From the NCBI GenBank assembly GCA_009103225.1, contig RHPI01002262.1, forward strand, positions 847,213 to 911,212: DNA of 64,000 nt, written 5' to 3'. Positions 1-13,203 of this stretch are shown here, piece by piece (the first letter of the stretch is position 1; each line of letters opens with the position of its first letter). The notes under the pieces were generated by a model. That model was not told the DNA's origin, did no database searches, and saw nothing but the letters and a program-made list of their open reading frames with translations. The DNA comes from Chlorokybus atmophyticus (taxonomy: Eukaryota > Plantae > Mesostigma and Chlorokybus algae). The translations under genes were made by a program, and so were the position numbers.

Positions 1-538
1 GCATGCACGTGAACACCTCAACACCACACCAACCTTGCATGCACGCCTTGCTTCAATGCTAGCATTCGTGGCAGCAAGTGATAGTTGTTGTTACCTTCCA
101 GTGCAGCCATTTATGCGCTTTCCATGAGCTATAAAAAGTCTTAGTACCTGTACATTGCGTGTGCGTGAAGCTGCTGACATAGCCAACATACAACGATTCC
201 CGCCAACAACAACAGCAATAAAGAAATGCTAGCTTACAGCTCAAGTCTACGACGGCAGCGTACACAAGCCTTATCAAGATGGCGATTGCGTCAACAGCAT
301 TCTCACTGTCTTTCTCAGCACCAATGTAAGGCTGGTTAGCGGTTTATTATTATCAATATCAATGTCGGCATGCAGATCACTCAGTGCATAGGCTATGCAA
401 CAAGTTGTGCAGCACTCCGAAGTCAATTTCTGACACACGTACACCACCGTTTACAATTGTATGCGACATTGGCAAGTCTTCCACGCAACATCATGTAGTC
501 TGCACATGACGTACATGAAGCAGCTGACAAACCGCTGC

Positions 539-1048
539 TATACCAATTGGGGCCCGACCACTAGGCTATGGTAGTAAAAGACACTACCATGAGTGAGGTC
601 TGTCACAATGTATCCCAATTCGTAACATTCCTCCCAATTTAACCCATGTATTTCTCATTATCCAATGAGGCACTAGCCCACGTCGCCGTGTTCGCGGCCG
701 TACCATCATGGTGATTGGTCTGCCCGCGGCCTGTTGGATCCAGCCCACCAACGGTCCTAACCGACCGAGCGGCCATCCTCACCGCGCGACCTGCCATCGC
801 AGCACGACCGCTCATGCAGCCTTAGGTTGAACTGGCTCGGCGCGCAGGTTGTGATCCCGCGCCCAGCCTAGGGCAAGCCGCCCCAAATGTTTTGTTTTTG
901 CCTTGGATCTGCCTAGTTTTCTATGGGAATTGAACCTGAGACGTTAAGCTCCGTTACCATTGTAACAATTGGGGCCTGACTACTAGGCTATGATAGTAAA
1001 AGACACTACCATGGTGAGGTCTGTCACAATTTATCCCAATCCGTAACA
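539..1048 (-). mobile_element. TRIM (terminal-repeat retrotransposon in miniature), non-autonomous
   Basis: Direct repeats 539-627 and 961-1048 (89/88 bp, 7 substitutions plus 1 indel); the right copy reads TGTAACA...GTAACA. 5-bp target duplication GCTGC at 534-538 and 1049-1053. On the minus strand, PBS TGGTAACGGAGC (948-959) follows the 5' LTR by 1 nt, 2 mismatches from the tRNA-iMet PBS TGGTATCAGAGC. Purine tract AAATTGGGAGGAA (628-640) abuts the 3' LTR. No internal ORF. Confidence 0.9.
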
Positions 1049-1913
1049 GCTGCAGCAACTGTGTCGTTCAGATCAATGCTTTAGTGCTTTTTCAACCAAT
1101 CTACGTGTCACCTACAAAGGATGGAACTTTGCATGCTACAAGATTGGAACGTGTATGCGTATGTGCCGCTGCATAGCATGCACACACTGTAGCAGAATAT
1201 ACACTGACATTCGAGTGTATGGTAATTGGCGCCATATACAGCCACATGTACGTACATACAATCAAGTACAACCAAATTGTTTGCATATTCTGCATTTAAC
1301 ACAACATCACACTTCGCTAGCACTGGCAGAATACCAAATGTATTGATCCCTGACGCGATCAACTCATAAACTTACTTCTAAGTAGCAAAGGCCGATGCAA
1401 GTACAGCAGTCCTCGCAGCGTGCTATGCCTTTGGCTCTGGCATCGGATGAGAATGTTGACGGTGTTGTCGTTGGTGTTGGTGATGTTGATGATGATGTTG
1501 ACGTCTGCGGTATGCTTGCAAGCTGCTTTTATGATGCTGCATTACGCCGCCCCCCATGGAAGGCAAGCCTCATCCTTCAGCGAGCCGAATGGATTGTTGT
1601 TGACTTTCGACTGAAACCTTTGATCAGCCAAGCAGCTGGCCATCCCTTTTACAATTAGCTATCTCAACGTATACGTTGAGATAGCTACTTGATTGAACTG
1701 ACTGGTTGTTATGTTGATTGCATGCAGTTCCGCCTGGCTAAGCTACACATCCTCCAACATTGTTGCCACAAGTGTTGGGGTTTGATGTGCGTAATGTCTG
1801 CTTGTTTTTTGCTCTCCTCCTTACCGTGCTTGGGGGAAACTGTCCGTGATGAACCGGATGGACCTGGCTTAGGCACAGGCACATTCAAGTTGCTGTGTTT
1901 GTTGGGTGCCACT

Positions 1914-3645
1914 GCATCTCACGGTATGCGGCGGCCCGCTCCACCAAACACAAGCAACGATGGCCGCCGCATACCGTAACTTAGCGTAACCTGGATACAC
2001 GATTGGGGCGTCACGAGTAACGAGTCGTGCCCATCCGTCAGAGTTTGATCAGCGTACCGTACCCGCGCAAAAACAAGGCGGCGATACGCTGCTATCGGGA
2101 TACTGCATGCTCTCAGATACGGCTTTGAACAGAATGCATGGCAATGTGTCTTGTCAGTGTCTTGGGCCCTCCGCCTGTGCATTCTGCTGGGCGGCGGCGG
2201 CGACGGTGACCGCGGCGGCGGTAGGGTTGAAGCTTGGTGACTTTGGTGGACAAGCTGTGTGGTGCATGCCTTGTGGCAAAGGCGAGACACGATTTGCTCA
2301 ATTGCAAGGCAGCCAAAATTGAGGTAGTATCTCTGTCTCGCTCTCTCCCGCTCCGTCTCGCTCTCCCGCTCTCTCCCGCTCTCTCCCTCGCTCTCTCCCT
2401 CGCCCGCTCCTTCTCTCTCCCTCTCTCTCTCCCTCTCTCTCCCTCGCTCCCTCCCTCGCTCCCTCGCTCCCTCCCTCGCTCGCGCGCGCTCTCCCCCTCT
2501 CCCCCCCTCTCCCCAAGCCACTGGCGCCATGATGATCTTGTGCAGTGGTGCCTAGGTAAGTTGTAGATGACATAAATCATGCACGCAGCTGCATGCATAC
2601 CCTTAACACACATGATACGCAAACTCACAGCCGCATTCACAGACGCGCGTGCGCACACCGGCGCATGCGTGCTGATACACATTCATATGCGCAAGCGCAA
2701 GCGCACGCACATGTAGACACCCACGCCCCACCCAGACCCTACCACTATGACACCCACCCCGCCTCCCTCGCACGCAAAGGCGTACGCACACACACGTGCA
2801 GATGCAGACGCAGTCACGCAAGTCACGCAGCCCGCGCGCATGCACAGAGCGTGCATTGCCACAGGCAGACACTGACGCCCACACACGCACGCCAGAACGT
2901 AAGAATACACGCTTCCCATATACAAGCATAGACACGCATACACTCACGCACACAGGCGGACTTGCAAGCACACATGCACACACTTGAGCATATGCACGCG
3001 CAGGAATACGCATGTGATAACGCTTGTGCAGGCGCAGACTTACAAGCACAGCGAGATGCACACCCTCCTTCACNTTGATCAAACAACGCGTTCGCGTGCT
3101 TGCATGACTGTGAATGATCTGTTTCTTCGTGCATGACTCTGCACTCTATCTTCCTTGATGCTCAGGCGTGCATGGTACGAACAATTCACGTGTCTTGTCA
3201 AGCTGATTGAGGTACCAGTGCATTGGTGACTCGCAATCGTACTTTTCACAATCATGACGACAGTGACTTCCGCAACATCAGAATCAACATCTCAGCATGG
3301 CGATGTGGGGCATACGCCAGAGCAAATCACCACTACGAGGTATGCATGCACTCAGGTGCATACTCGCCAACTTGGCTGATAGTCATACACTACATGAACA
3401 GGTGGTTGCTCTGGCGCATAATCACCACTGTGTTTTACCTTCTCACGGCCACCTACTCCCTCGCCGTCGTGCTGCTAGACGCCACCCGCATCTACAAGCA
3501 GGGCAGTCACACCAACAGGGACATGTATGGTGGTGTAGTCGTGCTGTGGTTGGTCATCACGAGCTTGAACAACGCTTGGATTGATGCACACGAGTCAGTG
3601 ACCATCATTGCTGCGCGCGGCAAGGAGGTGGCGACTTCATCCTAG
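1914..3645 (+). pseudogene. Copy 1 (5'-truncated) of an unknown multi-exon gene family with a C-terminal multi-TM region
   Basis: Frameshifted KLVHALWQR-type exon near 2250-2322 ending at donor GAG|GTAGTA, then a CT-rich intron. Exon ~3200-3349 has an in-frame TGA. Last exon 3412-3645 encodes RWLLWRIITTVFYLLTATYSLAVVLLD...DAHESVTIIAARGKEVATSS*. Homologous to the other five copies. Confidence 0.7.
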
Positions 3646-4055
3646 AGTGAGTTACCAGTGCTTACCTTTGTTACCTTCCTCGCGTGTGTTGTACATATAT
3701 ACAGTGTGCCTTGGTGCCTTGTTCTAGCCGTAATATTTGAGTTTTGTAGAGACTTCATTTAGCTTGTATTCTGTAGAATTGGTTGCACAACAAGGCTCAT
3801 GAACAGTCCTGGCATAGAAGCCCTCAATTCGTCGAAGGCGTTGAAGGAGGGGCATGTGCATGTGTACGGGGTGCTGGGACATGTGTGTACAAAAAGTCCG
3901 CGTGTCATACACAATCTTGAAGACTGTGTATGACGTTCTCAAATGCTTGATTCTGCTTTCTGTGCATACACCTAGTGTGACACAACCACACACGTACCGT
4001 ACTACACTACATGTTTACCTACCATCAACACTTGTTGTTGTGCAAAACAATGGGC

Positions 4056-6576
4056 TACGTCTTCTACCTGACACGGATCCTCTCGCCCTTAACTTAAGCT
4101 CGAGCACTCCAAAGACGGCCTGTACGAGCACGCCGGCAATGTGCTCAGGGACGGGCTCCGCCTCACCTCCTGCAAACTCCTGCCAGGACTCCGCACAACT
4201 CGGAGTTGTGATGAAGGACGACATGGTGGTTGTGTGAATCAGGTGTGAAATAGATTGTGTTTTTCGGCGTAATGTGAATGTTTGTGTGATTGTGGCTGTG
4301 CGCGTGCGTGCGTGTACATGTGTGCACGCATGCAGATGTTCACATTTGCACAGCGAGCGCGTGTGCGTATGTACATGAATGTACATGTGAGTTCGGGCAT
4401 GTGTCTGCGCATAGGGGTTGGTGGGTAGGTGGGCATGCGCTCTTGCACAGGTGTCTGTGTGCTGTGACCGAATGCATCAATAGGTTACAAGGACTCATTG
4501 ATGTAGGCGTACGGTAGACTGAAGCATGCAGTGAATGCAGCAGTTATTATCATCATACGCGAGATTTCACATCACACACAGACCTGCAGGAAGTACATCA
4601 CGGTGACCGACCCTGCCTGGCCAACCAATACATAGAGCATGTAAAGTCACAGCTGCATACGCGTAGGCGTGCGTCGACTTGCACCGTCATTGACGCGCTC
4701 CACGCCAACAGCCATGTGCTCAAATACGATTGTACGCACGCGCCCATACACATACACGCACCCGCACCTGCCTCACAAGCCCCCCCACCCACGCACCCCT
4801 CGCCTGCGTGCACACTGAGTACGTCCTTCCCCCCTTCCCCCACGCCGCCACCTCCTGCACCTCCTCCTCCTCCTCATTGCTGGCGCGCAAGGCCCCGCAG
4901 TCGGACGGCTAGCGGCTCCGCGCAGAGTCTTCGCGCCTGTCGTCGACGGGCGCAAAGTGGGTCAGACCCAACAACAACAGCTTTGTTGGGACGCCTGAGA
5001 GAGAGTGTGGGCGAGTGGACGAGCGTGCGCGTGCAAAAGGTTCGCGTATCCAAAGTTTATGTGTGTGTACGGGTTACGTGCATCAGAACCATCTACTGTT
5101 CACCAGAGCTGTTTGTGAGCTTGCGTGCGTCGCAAGCCACAGTCTTGAGTTGTTGACGTCTTTGAATGAGCTCTCTATGTGCGCATCTCACACCGCAACA
5201 GTCCGCAAGCACCTGAGAGAAGCCAAGGAATTGCTGTGATTGAAGTGCTGGTTGGATACTTGGTATTGCTATCCTTGTTGATTATAGGTCTGTGCACGTG
5301 CTGACGCACATGCATCGATTAGAGAGTACGTACACGTACGTATAGATGCAGATGTAACTATGCATGCGTGCAAGTGCATAGTGATACATGCATGTGCTTA
5401 CGTGCCAATGTGTGTGTATGTGTGTCTACGATGTGTGCGTGCGTGTCTTTTATATTACAAAACACGTTTACACGGTACACGAGTTACTCAAAACAAGCGT
5501 TTTAATTATCCTGCACATGTGCACCTAGTGCGCATTCTCAAGAAGCTTGCAGGTTTCGCTCCAGCGCCATTATCAGCACTGTTCGGCGGCGACACCGACA
5601 GTCGCACCGCGTACGACTCCTTCACGCTCGCCTGCATGGAGGCCTTATTGTGTTACTTGCGCACATGTCATGACATCACGCATGTGCACCCGATATTGGA
5701 ACGAATGCAGCCAACTACACACACACTACCTGCAAGCGGAATGTGAAGCTGCCACGCTCGACGAAGCGCATGTCCAGCTCGGGAGGGAGCTTGTCCGAAG
5801 CACAGCTGTTGAGTTGAGTGAGTGGGGATATATATGTAAGACACATAAGACACACCCTCATACGCACACGCGCGTGTGTTGCACAGCCCAGCGTGCTCAA
5901 CACACAACCAACATGAGTCCTAGGACAGATTCTGAATGTCGCAGATACTAGACACAACTGGCATTGTCAGCGACAACTCAACTCCACCCATTATACCAAA
6001 CTCGACAGCAACAGCAAGCTCAACAACCAGCCGTCACCTTCGTGCGTGCGCTAGCAGCGCCTCCCGCAACACTCTGCTCTCCGCCTCGATCATGCCTAAC
6101 TCTGTCGAGCGCCCTCTCCGTTTGTACGCAGGAAATAGACTGTGTGTTACACTTTGCTCCAGTCATCCACCTCAAAGCAATACCACAACAACCAACAGAG
6201 CAGATCAAAAACGGTGCCATTGCATCCAACGTAAAACCGGGCCACCGTATATTCCGTCATGCTCATCCTTTGCTAGAGTGACCGTATCCGCGATACGTTA
6301 CTGCTACTCAGGTATCTCAGATCTGACCGGCAGGGAGATACCGCGCTTTGCCGCGCAAAAACTGTGAGGCGATACGCAGGATGCAGTGACCTGGTATCCC
6401 TGGATACTGCATGTCGATATACGGCCCTTGCAGATGGCAAGAGCGTACCGTTTGTGCAGTGCTGGGAGGCGGCGGCGGGAAGGTTGCGGCGTGGTGGTTG
6501 TTTGTTGTTGGTGCACAAGTTGGTGAAAGCCTTGTGGGAGAAGGGAGACACAATCTACTCGGTTGCAAAGCTGTCT

Positions 6577-6633
<57 letters not shown>

Positions 6634-7236
6634 CTGTGCATGCATGCGCATGTCTGCCTCCGTGTGCGCATGCGACCGTGCATTTGCGTGTGCTTATTTG
6701 CATTGGCTGTGAACTTACATCTGCTTGTGCATAAGCAAATAGTAGATGCGGCATACTTCAGTTGTCGAGCTGATTTGGGATTCCTTTACACAGGTGATTG
6801 AAGAGACCGTTGTAGTCCTCGTGCGTGTTGCATTAACTGCTGCAACAGAATCATCCCAGCAAGGAGATGCGGTGCAAGTGCCGAAGTCCACAGAGTTTCT
6901 TACCTCCTTGAGGTAAAGTACACACAGGTGCATACTCGCTAAGTTGAAATTTTGATCGCAGACAAGGATGTGTGTGCTCATCCATAGCTTGGTTGACAGG
7001 TGGATGTTTTACCGCATGTTTACTACCGTGCTGTGGCTGCTCATTGGGCACCTACACGCTCGTCCTCACGCTGCAAGACGGTACCCCACATTTACGTGGG
7101 TAATTATGACTGCAAGGATGTATGCTATTTTCTGATCGATTTGTGCTGGGGCTACGTGAGCTTGATTATGGCCTACATGGACGCCTGTGAGGTGGTGACC
7201 ATCATTGTTGCGCGCAAATCGCTTGGCACGCGCTAA
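4056..7236 (+). pseudogene. Copy 2 (type A) of the same unknown membrane-protein family
   Basis: Exon motifs in order: YEHAGNVLRDGLRLTS (~4125), LANQYIEH (~4620), CVHTEYVLPP (~4806), VCELACVASHS...VRKHLREA (~5110-5225), GFAPAPLSALFGGDTD (~5553), TFVRALAAPPATLCSPP (~6035), SDRIR...KLVKALWEKG (6277-6550), VIEETVVVLVRV (6794-6912), RWMFYRMFTTV...DACEVVTIIVARK (7000-7236). Frameshifts in the first and last exons. Confidence 0.75.
6579..6630. repeat. (TC)n microsatellite at the start of the family's conserved intron (copy 2)
   Basis: Pure TC run directly visible. Confidence 0.95.
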
Positions 7237-9239
7237 CGAGGAGGTAGAGGCTTAATCCTCTGACTAGTTACATTCTTACGTGTTGTGTTACCCTTGCTCG
7301 CGTGTTTGTGTATAGATTTTTGTATAAGAACATTGTGTTTTAATTGCTCTAGCAGCAAGGGTTGCTTTGCTCAACTGTTTTTGTAGATTGCTACCCACAA
7401 GCGTCATGTGGCTAACGAGATTTGTGATTGCACTACAGGGCTTGTAGAGGGTCATGTAATATGCACTCTGCCAGTTGCTCATCCAGCACACTGTCCTGAC
7501 CACCGATGGCATGCATTCATAAGTGCTTGACTTAACACTGTTGTGTTGTATGTAAAGCGATGTGTCCATAGTGTACCATCCAGCACTGTGTGGTCCAGCG
7601 CAGTACTGTGCGCCGGCAACAACGACACCAATAACAAGCGAATCTATCACACAAAAACAGTTAGGGTTATGGATGCGGACCATAGCTTGGACAGAGAGTC
7701 TCATGCAATGCCGCCGTCACTAGCTGTTATCGAGACCGATGCAAACAACGTTATGTCTAAACACACTTTGCCTGAAGTGAATGGCTGCAGCAAGCTTGGT
7801 ACGAAAGTCTCTCACTGCACTGTGTGCACATGCTATGTGTGTGGCATGCTTGCATGGCTCACGACACTGTGTATACGGTATACACAGCTTAGCTTGTGAA
7901 CAGTTTGCAGAAGCAAGCTGTCATGCTGCATACACTGCTGGACTCACAGCGTGCCTTGAGCAGTGGAGGGTTGGTAACAGAAAGTAGCTCATCAAGCTTG
8001 AGGAAGGAGGCAGGCAGCGTTTTTACTCGTTGGTGCAAACTCCTCGTGCAACTGATCAGCCAGTATGCACGCAGCACACACAAGTGTGCCTAATAGCACG
8101 TCATACATCCTGTACACATTAGTCAAGACCGTTGCATGTTCAGATGCGATGAACAAGCAGGCGGGTTAAAATCTGCATCTATCAGATGGTCTATGTCTGC
8201 TCCATGCATGATGCATTCCCATCTTGAGGATTTGTGTGATAGAGTTGTTTGCAGGAGCAGCAGATATCAGGCTATGAGACACGCTATCGTCAGTTTTCAG
8301 GTGGTTGCACTACAGAACCAAATGCGTAAACTATGCACATACACACACGCACGCACGCCCTCGTGCACACACCAACACAAGCACCTTCTCAGTGTGACGT
8401 GCAGTTTGTGAAACACCTGCGCACGTGTGTACAAAACTCCATATGTTATTGCACAAATTCAAGGGTAGTAGTGCCTCGTACATAGATGTTCAGCATGCCT
8501 CACTTACAGTTCTGGCTACTCGACTACTACTTCTTGCATCTCCGCAAGTAACAGTTACACTGCTTTGAACAGAAAAGCCTATCCCATAATCTGTACATAA
8601 CGGTGTGTGATACGGCGCGTGTTCGTGCGCGTACATGTCTGGGCGTGCGTGCACACATGCATAAGTGTCAGTACCGCTACGCGCATGCGTGTGTATGTGT
8701 GTGTAACCGCCTTACCCCACCCACAGACGCACGCACCCGTACATGTGCGGGTGTGACACAGGCTAGCTAGTACATGTACACACTGCAGCTCGTAGAGCAG
8801 AGTATGGCTTGTACCTCACGCAGATGAGACAGACACATTCTGAACAGAACTTACAGCGACACCCACTGGCAGTTTACAGCAATGCAGAACAAACAACCAA
8901 ACAACAACAACAATAAAAACCAAAACATGTTGTACAAGCTCTCACCTTCGTGCGGGCGCTACAAGCCCCTCCAGCAACACTCTGCTCTTCGCCTCTATCA
9001 CATCATTCCTTCACTCTGTCTCTCCCTCTGTGTGCATTTTTGCGTACGTGTGTGCAAGTGTCACTTGCCTAACTCACCCAACAACTACAACTATGCCGTC
9101 AACAATGACGACATATGACTAACCACTGCCACTCCATCACGGCATGCGGCTGCCTGCTTCGCCGAGAAACAGGCCAGCATACAACAACCTATCACACTCT
9201 CAGTCACTGTGTGTGCGGGCTGTCTATGTTGTGTCGGGT

Positions 9240-10440
9240 GAGGCCGCAGCTGCTACTGTCTAGCAGAGTGCGAAGATTGACACTACTATAGGTAGCGCAA
9301 CAACAGTGACGAACTGTTCAACACTCACGCGTGCAGCACTGTGACAGGCAGCTTCACCGCAAGGCCCAACAGTGCCAGCGTCCACAGCGCGCGCAGTGGC
9401 ATGTAGCCAACAACCATCCAGATCCAGTGCCCCTCACCCACAAGCACCCGCTTTACACGCCTTGACCTGATCACAACAACACATTGAAGGTCATGATGGA
9501 AACCAGCCCCAGGCCCATAACCACACTAACAATTCCCAGCTTTAACTTCAATACGTCAAGATGTATGCAATCGTGCGCGGCGTTCAATGCGCACAACACG
9601 GTTGCCGAGCACCCTGGCAGGGTGCGTGAATGTCACACATGAGGCTTGCACAAGCGTGTGTCTCTAGCTTCCTTCGCGCTTTGTGCAAAGACATACCACA
9701 TAACGTCACAAACGCAGCTCAGCACAGTGTTGCGCAAGCGTGCATGCACTGCACAGTGTGCAATCATGGACACACATGTCAAAGTGTCAAGGCATGCAGA
9801 CCGCTACCAGTACGTAAGTAAGTAATCAACAAGCAGCCACAGCCTTACGCACTACACACCACCCACCTGCCCTGCATCTCGCGCCACGCCTCCGGCAGGC
9901 CCCTCCCCGCCTGGAACGCAGGCAGCGAAACCAACGCAGGTAGCAGAAAAATAGGCAGGTAGTGCACACGAAGTTGTGCTTGGCGCTGCAGCAGCCAACC
10001 ACAGGCCCAGAATGTGACCCATGCAAGCCAAATGACGTGCGCGCGCAGCCATACGGGCTGGAGCACCCAACCCATATCTGCACATGAGACACGCATAACT
10101 TGTTGTGCATGGTTACTTAGTGAACTAGTACTTTTCAGTAATGCCTGCCACAACCTCTACGGAAATTGTGTGGACAGACAACAAGCATGGCACCAGAAGA
10201 GTGCAACGCACCTGACTTGATGATGATGTGGAAGACGTTGTCCTCCCCCTGCCGCACGTCAATGAGCTCATCCGGATAGTCCCCCAAGCCGCGCAGGCGT
10301 GAAAGTGTACACGGGTCCAGCGTCTCCTCCCAGGTGACATCGCTGGTGTTGGTGTTGCCGCTGCTGCCGCCTTGCTGGCTAGACTGACAGGCTTGCATGA
10401 TGCTGGCGCTGCAACGTGCTGCGCAACGTTGAAACTCGTG
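9240..10440 (-). pseudogene. Spliced hydrophobic (multi-TM) gene remnant nested antisense inside copy 3
   Basis: Exon-like blocks, mostly with GT-AG borders: PDELIDVRQGEDNVFHIIIK; DMGWVLQPVWLRAHVIWLAWVTFWACGW...EAWREMQG; LKLKLGIVSVVMGLGLVSIMTFNVLL*; GHWIWMVVGYMPLRALWTLALLGLAVKLPVTVLHA|FVTVVALPIVVSIFALC*. Internal stops present. Frames chosen by eye. Confidence 0.45.
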
Positions 10441-10593
10441 TCCGCTGTTGTTGTCTGTGTGTACGTGTGCGCCAGCAGTCAGCTGCAGAACAGAAGCATA
10501 TCCAACAGGTGTACTGCTAAAAATTATGGGCCATGGTTGTTCAATCAGTGCTCACATGTGACGAGAGTGAATGAGCCAAACTGCAACAAGATC

Positions 10594-10755
10594 ACAAGCT
10601 TAACCAACAATAGCCTAGCCGCAAGGTAGAACTTGCTTCAAGCAGGCTCAGGAGCATAAGATTCAAGCTGCAAGTTGACTAACAACAGCCTAGCCGCAAG
10701 TAGACTTTGCTTTGAGCAGCACTTGGCTTTCAGGAGCACAAGCTCCAAGCCATGC
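10594..10755. repeat. Two-unit tandem repeat (~77-85 bp)
   Basis: CAAG(C/T)T..C(C/T)AACAA(T/C)AGCCTAGCCGCAAG...TCAGGAGCA(T/C)AAG occurs twice in tandem. Confidence 0.75.
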
Positions 10756-12783
10756 AATTGGAGCCATAGCAACAACTCTACTTAAAGCTACAGCAAGCTA
10801 AAAACTACAGCAATAGCAACTTGCATGAAGCTCTAACCTAGATGTCACATACAGTCCATACAAGCAGCAGCACAACGCCGGCCAAGCCGCAAGGGCATTC
10901 CATTCCAAAACCGCAGAGAGGCGCTTACCTACTAACTTACATGCACTCTGCCTGGAACTTGGCCCAGGCAGCTCCCTCAACTGCAAGCTGCTGCTGGCGC
11001 CCTGAGCGTACTACCAAAGCGCCGCCTTACCGCAATGCGCTTCGTGCCCAATACGCCGTAACTTGAGACACGTCATCGGTGGTCAGACACGCCGCTGTGG
11101 CTGTATCCAGATAGATGGCAAGTGCATGTTGAAGAAGAGTAGTGTAGGTGGTGTTGGTGCTTTGTGTTGTTGGCGGCAACTTGGCTCGCTCTCCGCTTTG
11201 CTCCATGTTGTGCAGGCGGTGGGGGGGTTCGTGCGGTAGAACGCATATGTAGTAGCCATTCAACAAAGCTGGTGCATGCCCTGTTTCGGAAAAACAGGAG
11301 AGAACCTACTTTGTCTGTCACTCTGCCTGTCTGTCAGGCTGGCTGAATAAAACAGACAGTAACTCTGCAGAGGTGAGTAACACCGTTGGCAGGTTCATAC
11401 AGAAGCACGCATGCACGCAGGCATGCAGGCGCACCCACACCCGCAGTTTCTCAATTGCTTTGCACGTGCGTAGGGGTGTGTCTGCCCGCGGATGATTGTG
11501 CCGCAAGTTGTCCGCGTCTCCGAGTGTATGTGTTGCCTTTCTGTATCACACGCACGCACTAATGCGGCATGAGTTCGTGCGTATTGTGTGTGTGTGTGTG
11601 TGTGTGCGTGTGTGCAAACACCAGTTACATGTTGCTGTTGTGCCACTTGTGTTAGTCAAGTTAAGCTTCTTGTTGACCGCTTCTCAGCCGACAGAAACGG
11701 GCGAGAAAGCGGGGCTGAAAGAGCTGCTGCGACACAACATCTCAAGCCCAGTGCAGGTATGGAAGGGGTAAAAGCAAGCAAACTCACCGTTGTGGTCTTA
11801 ACTATGGTATACTTCGATTACCGAAACAAATCAGAGCTAGATTATGACAACAATGATGATGAATTACTGAAATAGTTGCAAGCGGTTCAGCGACATGACT
11901 CGTATGTTGGGATTCGAAGTGTGGCACATGCCAATTGCATGCGGGATACGTAATCACAAGCACGTGTGTACGCACACGGGCGCTTGCACTCATGCATCTT
12001 GCATGCACACATGCACATGCATAGATACATGGACGAATGCCTCCGCAAGTGTAACCTCAATGACATGTGTGTATTTGGCATAGCTTTTTCGCTGCAAGAG
12101 CGTTCAAGCGCCAGAGGAAAAGCTACACGCAAGTGACCACCAACAACGCATCGTGTGCAAGGTCACACCGCGAGGCAGAGGTAAGTGCTGCTTGTTGCTG
12201 TTTGCGACGCATATATGTTGGCACACCTCTCAACATACGCCTGTAATTAACATGCTCATGTGCACGAGTGTATATAACAACCATAATAAGTTTGTGCATG
12301 GGCCCGGACTCCAGGCCCATACATACGCGCCGTGCGTGTGTGTGTGCGCACGCGTACTTTGTCTTCCCGTATCCATCCACAGCATGTTGCACTTGTCATC
12401 CGACTGGTGTGTACACCTGTGCAGGAGGGGACTTGTGGTTCTCATGGCACCAGCAGATACTCCTGCTGCAGTCACTCCTGCTGCATGGACTTGGGCATCA
12501 AGACTTCAGAGTATAGAAGCGGTGCATCTAGCTGAGCATGGATCCCCTCTGATCCTCAGCTTGGTTGCATTTGTACTTACTAATACCTTTCTGATGTGTG
12601 TCTGGTGCTACAACGGTTGGTACCCTGTTAGTTAGATGCTTGAGCAATAAGGGCTACATCAAAGCAACTTGTGAATTTGGGGGTGTAGCTTGCCTTGTTT
12701 GCATGTGTCATGTGGATACCGAGGTTTTCAAGTGAACAACAAGGCTTGTGGATTGTCCCCAACACAAGCGGGAATGCACCGGG

Positions 12784-12942
12784 NNNNNNNNNNNNNNNNN
12801 NNNNNNNNNNNNNNNNNNNNNNNNNNNNNNNNNNNNNNNNNNNNNNNNNNNNNNNNNNNNNNNNNNNNNNNNNNNNNNNNNNNNNNNNNNNNNNNNNNNN
12901 NNNNNNNNNNNNNNNNNNNNNNNNNNNNNNNNNNNNNNNNNN
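12784..12942. other. Assembly gap (N run)
   Basis: 159 Ns. Confidence 1.
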
Positions 12943-13203
12943 GGCATCCTTCAGTTATTCATCATCAAGGGAATGTACGACAGCCTTGTGCATGTGTGCA
13001 CAAACCGCGTGCTCCGCTGAACAAAAAAGGGTGGCTGGATGTGCATTCAAAGTAGCATTGTCATCCACATGACATTCGCATCATGACAAGCTACAAAACC
13101 AGTCAATAGAACAATCTATTAGCTTGCACATCCTTATGGTTCAAGACAAAACCACCATTCACACAAACACCAACACTGTACAACTACCACATGAGAAAGG
13201 GTA

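Larger units (their letters stand above)
7780..13020 (+). pseudogene. Copy 3 (type B 5' region) of the unknown family, interrupted by an antisense insert and an N gap
   Basis: 7780-8620 matches the reverse complement of ~23490-22690. LTFVRALQAPPATLCSS at ~8940, TKLVHALFRK at ~11265, donor GAG|GTGAGT at ~11372, MAPADTPAAVTPAA exon at ~12445. Last-exon remnant GILQLFIIKGMYDSLVHVCTNRVLR* at 12943-13020. Confidence 0.65.

Noticed and set aside
925-940. B-box-like GGTTCAATTCC (minus strand) inside the TRIM, suggesting a tRNA or Pol III cargo
   Set aside because: No T-stem pairing beyond 2 bp, no cloverleaf and no properly spaced A box.
1395-1658. Short ORFs at 59-277 and 1395-1658
   Set aside because: No recognisable motifs, no paralogue in the window and no convincing splice context.
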